From assembly GCF_022045235.1 (NCBI RefSeq), contig NW_027266300.1:248001-312000 (forward strand): 64,000 bases of DNA. Direction: 5' to 3'. A program made the position numbers and the translations under genes. Shown piece after piece: positions 59,451 through 64,000 of this stretch. The DNA is from Haliotis cracherodii (taxonomy: Eukaryota). The notes under the pieces are model-generated. The model worked only from the letters and a program-made list of their open reading frames with translations. It ran no database searches and was not told the DNA's origin. Numbering within the stretch: the stretch's first letter is position 1; each line of letters opens with the position of its first letter.

Positions 59451-62400
59451 TGTTCCCAACAAACATTTTGCCATGCCAGCCGTCTCATTAGTGTGTTAAA
59501 CATTGCTCGTTTGATGATATGAAATATTTATCCATTACATGTATTGATACAGACAACCGCTGCCATCCCTGCCAGGACCTGGGAGAAAGTCATCCGGCCG
59601 ACTCCTACTGTGATGTGCCGCTCTGTTAGAGATGTGTGAAGATGCATGCATCTCTTCCTGGTACGTCAAACCACGTGATTGCTGGCCTTGGTGGAACAGT
59701 GAAGGTCACTAGACGACAGAGGTGCACGGAACACAACAAAGTCATGGATTTCTGCTGCAGAGACTGTAATAAAGCAATATGCCCCAAGTGTTGTATCATA
59801 TACCACAGGAAATGCGACTCTGTGGTCACTATTCAGTCCATAATGTCTGAGATGAGAAGTGTTCTTACACACAATAAGGAATTGATTACACAGAGCTTTG
59901 AGGACACGGCCAGATCACTTCAACAACACAAATCACAGATTGATGCAGTCATCCACAACAAAGACAAAATAAAGTCACAGATCCGACAGGCCTCACAGAA
60001 AGCCATGGACGTGGTTAAACAGAAGGAGAAACAGCTGGTGGAGGAGCTGAATGAGATGACAGAGAAGCAGTCTGGACAACTGAGGGGGCGGATAAAGTCA
60101 GGGGAAATAGACGTGCAGATGTATCAACAACACATAGAGTACATCACCCAGGTGTTGAAGTCTGGGAGTGAGACTGACATGTTTGACATTTACCAGATGT
60201 GTCAGTCTGGGGCAATCAAGGAGGCAACAGACAGGGATGTCACTTTCACAGACAGTGTCCCTGATTCAAAACTTATATTTGTAAGTGAAATATATGAGAG
60301 GAAATTACACAAGGATGTACAACTTGGTAGGATTCAACAGAAAGTTTATGACGTCATATATACGGAAATTGGTAAAATCCAGAGTGCACATTTGGCGTCA
60401 TGTGCAGACCGGTGTTACAAAAGACAGTCGGCATCAAGGTTGATGGTGACAGGAAGCAGCCGTATCCATCTGACGTCACAGTCCTGGTTGTGGATGGTGA
60501 GGAGACACTGGTGGTCACTGACTGCAACAATACATGTTTGAAATCCTTCTACACAAAGAATAACATATCACGACACAGTAAACTGGATCTTGCAAGTAAG
60601 CCAAGCTCTGTGACGAGGCTGAGGGACAACCAGGTGGCTGTATCATTCTGGTCACACAATGAGATTGTAATAGTACGGGTGACCCCTGACCTTGTACTAA
60701 GGTCACGTGTCACAACAAAGAAGAAGTACACATGTCTAACAGACTTGAGTCATTCAACATTAGCAGCAGGTTGTTGGGATCCTCCCTGTGTTGATATCCT
60801 TGATATATCGGGGAGAGTAATGAGGTCAGTCAGTACACTCAACACACGGGATAACCTGATATATAATCCTATTTTCCTCTGTGCTACAGACAGGGGCGAC
60901 ATCCTGGTGTCAGATACTGGCTCACAGTCTGTCTACTGCATCACACCGGAGGGAGATGTTGTGTTCACCTACACCCCTGCAGGAGAGAGGAGACTGGACA
61001 GACTACAGAGTATGACAACTACCGACACAGGACACATCCTGGTGGCGGACTTCTGGGCACACAAGGTGGTACTACTGACACAAGCAGGGGAGTTTGTCAG
61101 AGACCTGCTGACGTCACAAAATGGAATAGAAAACCCACACAGCTTGTTTCTCTGTGGACATAAACTGTATGTGTTGGGATAAAATAGAGATGTTGTGAAG
61201 GTATTCATCTGCAATACACCCCAGTGAGACGTCAGTTACACCGAGACAGCAAACCCTCGGACCATGTCTCAGGACCTGTCAGTTTATGTGAAGCTGACAT
61301 CCAAGAAGATTGTGTAACTTGAGGGGTCGAGGAGTGAGCCGAACATCAGAAGACACATTTATGTAGTTTCTTTAACATAATCAACCAATTTCATCACGTG
61401 TATTTGTATATGAGAATGTTAACTTGTATTTCAAATTCCAAAATGTATTCAAAAAATCTTTATGGTCCTGTGATTTATACAGGAATATTCAATATTCAGA
61501 CGTCGTTGGAAAACTAGGCTTCGCTTTCTGGTACATTTTCTGTTTCGAGGTGTGTGTGTTCCTTAACCCATTAATGGTTAACAATGTAGATGTTCCTCAC
61601 TGGATATACACATAAAACTCAAGAAAATGTTCACTGTGTAATTCATTCAACGAGTTGAAGGCGGATATCATTTTCTGCTTGAAGTTCTTACTGTTGTCAG
61701 TTTAGTATCAGTGTGACAGATGCATTGTATCTTGTATTATACATTCATGTACATACAGACTGTATTTCAATTTAAATTATGTAGCAATATTTGTATTAGC
61801 ATTTGATTTACAAATGCAAGTATTTTTAAACTAATGAACGCTTTTTCTATCAACGGGTTTTTACCATTTTGAAACAGATTATACTCAATAGACCAAAGAA
61901 GGTTTGAGGGTTCAATCTATTTTAGTTTAGTATTATTCAGTAGCATTGATGATGGGGATACTGAACCATCCCACTTGGACCAGGTCCAGCTCCTGAAAAT
62001 GCTCAGGTCTTAAGTTTGATTAATTATGTGATGACGATCTAATGATCGTCATATTATCAAGATGACCTATATTGAGGAAATAATTTATTCGTATTCCTTG
62101 GTTTTGGTACGGAATGCGTAGCATGCTTGTCCTATGAAGTTGTTTTTCTCATCTTCATCAGTGCCACAGTCTAGTGAGAATTTGTCTGAATCTCTGTGTT
62201 GTAATTAGTGAGCTCTGACAATACTAAACGAAGCTCTTCCTCAGATATCTTACCATTAGCTTGTGCTGTTGAGATATGATCCTCAATGCTATTTAATTTT
62301 ACTTCAGTCAGCACACAAATACTATCATGTTTTAAGGCTTGCTTTTGCATCCAGGGGGAAATATATTAAGAGCTGTTCCTGCCACTCCAGAGACTCTGGC

Positions 62401-64000
62401 TGCTACTTCCCTTCCAAGTACGACACGCACAGCGATAACAGCTGATTAAAAGCCAACACCGTCTTCACCAAGACCCTACTAGTTACTAAAAGTACAGTGT
62501 CCTTTCCATGAAGAGCAGTCACAGCTCTATGATACTTTATATACAACTCAATTCTCCAGTTGCTCTTTAATTCCACTTATTTGTTGTAATTGAAATTCAT
62601 TTACAGTATCCATCTTTTCAAACACTTCATGGAGTGCAGGATATAAATTCATTATGTATAATATATAAGAGTGTTCAACTGTTCCAATGGCAATTTCTTG
62701 AGACTATGCATCATAGGCAGTTTGGCGGGGTATAGGTTTTAACATGGAGTCTATAAGTTTCATGTATTCCCTCTGTTAAGTTAAGTTGCTCATATCTATT
62801 TAAGTATTCACAGTGCTGCCAATACAAATTATAACAGCGGCTGGGGTATCATTACCATGGCCAGCAGCACAGAGTCAAGTGGTTGTAATTGTGGATGAGG
62901 TGCGGGATACTGCATGCTGACAATTAATGTAACGTAAAACTATACATGGCAGTCTGTGAGTCGAGACTTGACCCTTGGACAGTGGCTAGGCTGGTGGACC
63001 CTCTAGCTTACGTCTCCGAGAGGCTTACTACATGGATATGATGTAGCAGGATACTATCAGAGAATAAACATTGTTGGCCCTCAGACAGACTTGTGTTGCA
63101 GAAATACCCGGTAGAACACGAACTTCTTACTGAGATATATGCATTAAGCTTATTATTATATTATAAGGCATAAATATTTTAGTGAGTCAAATGATCCCTG
63201 CATAAAAAACAAACGTATATGGTAACTCTTGATGATTTCAAATACTGCTACAAATATGTCACTCTTGTTTTTTTTTGTCTCAGTTAAGCCTTAGACCCAG
63301 TCATAACTCGAGATAATCTTCTGGTGGATCCCCAAGCAAGACTTCGATAAAAAGTGTAGAGCCTCCAGCTAAAGATCAAACTTAAGCCAATATTTTTAAT
63401 GTTGGGCGGCTCATCAACATATGGTTTCTTTGGCATTGGAGCAATGAAAACACTTTTTCTGTTGGGATATAAGCCTCCCACTGTTCATTATTTTATCTCA
63501 ATCATGTGTCTTACCCTTTGGCATTACATGTAGTTGACTAACGGTGATATTTAGTAGCCAGTCGATGTTTGCTTCAAGCATAATCCGTTGATAACATCAT
63601 TGAGGGCAAGATTGTACAAGGTGTTATAACTGGGAGTTCAAACCTCAAGATCTTGTAAATCTCCTATATAACTTGCCACACTAGCGGCAGTAAATATAAC
63701 CTCTTCCACTTGTTTATACCATCTTGCAAGTGTAAAGCATATAACATGTCTTGAATTACAGGTCTATGAAATCCTTCAGTGTCTCCAAGATCAGAAAGTG
63801 CAATTGTATTACATTGTTTAAGGTGATGCATTCCAGGACCTGCAGAATCAACCATTATTAATAATATGAAGTGACACGCTCAAATATCCTATATGGACAG
63901 GTTGATGTTTTATATCTAAAACAGAAACTTTGAGTTCTGTATTAATGCCTTTCCTTAACTTCTTATACTGCAAAGATAAGAAAGATTCTGTTCTATCACT

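Larger units (their letters stand above)
57621..61227 (+). pseudogene. TRIM (RING-Bbox-Bbox-coiled coil-NHL/beta-propeller) E3 ligase pseudogene; exons 57621-57903 and 59553-61227
   Basis: MAAARKLESLNENFLTCSICTEGYKD, then a deletion/frameshift into HTFCKGCL...CPYCRQ, and a second frameshift. B-box 1 has TAG at 59627-59629. B-box 2 (CTEHNKVMDFCCRDCNKAICPKCCIIYHRKC) and coiled coil are intact. Another frameshift near 60390 precedes the NHL-like repeats (LVVTDCNN, ILVSDTG, ILVADFW); premature TAA at 61180-61182. Confidence 0.88.

Noticed and set aside
63284-63900. Possible LINE-like coding remnant on the - strand
   Set aside because: Only vague, stop-riddled fragments; no motif I can assign without a search.

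Overview
Animal genomic DNA with spliceosomal introns, SINEs and Tc1/mariner relics. The repeat and gene content resembles a gastropod mollusc such as abalone (inference only). Genes I could reconstruct by hand: (1) last four exons of an unidentified + strand gene (722-4239); (2) SDE2 on the - strand (7 exons, 10149-18436), whose ubiquitin-like domain ends in AG|KGG instead of the usual GG|KGG; (3) head-to-head with it, an intronless ADAM10/17-like metalloprotease (19032-21578) with a CUE-like motif in its cytoplasmic tail; (4) an 11-exon kelch-repeat gene on the - strand (24679-37622); (5) a selenoprotein W gene missing from the ORF track (5 small coding exons, 45326-50059, in-frame TGA in CGAUG) with a SECIS at about 52326-52389; (6) a TRIM-NHL pseudogene (57621-61227). 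Mobile DNA: four decayed Tc1-type elements, a mariner relic, a possible Academ-like relic, several MITEs and two SINE families. The most striking pattern is about 20 unrelated 14-77 bp minisatellites, many visibly amplified from their own local sequence. Many sit on exon boundaries, so introns fill with tandem copies of the exon end plus the 5' splice site. Others amplify a transposase catalytic motif or start codon.
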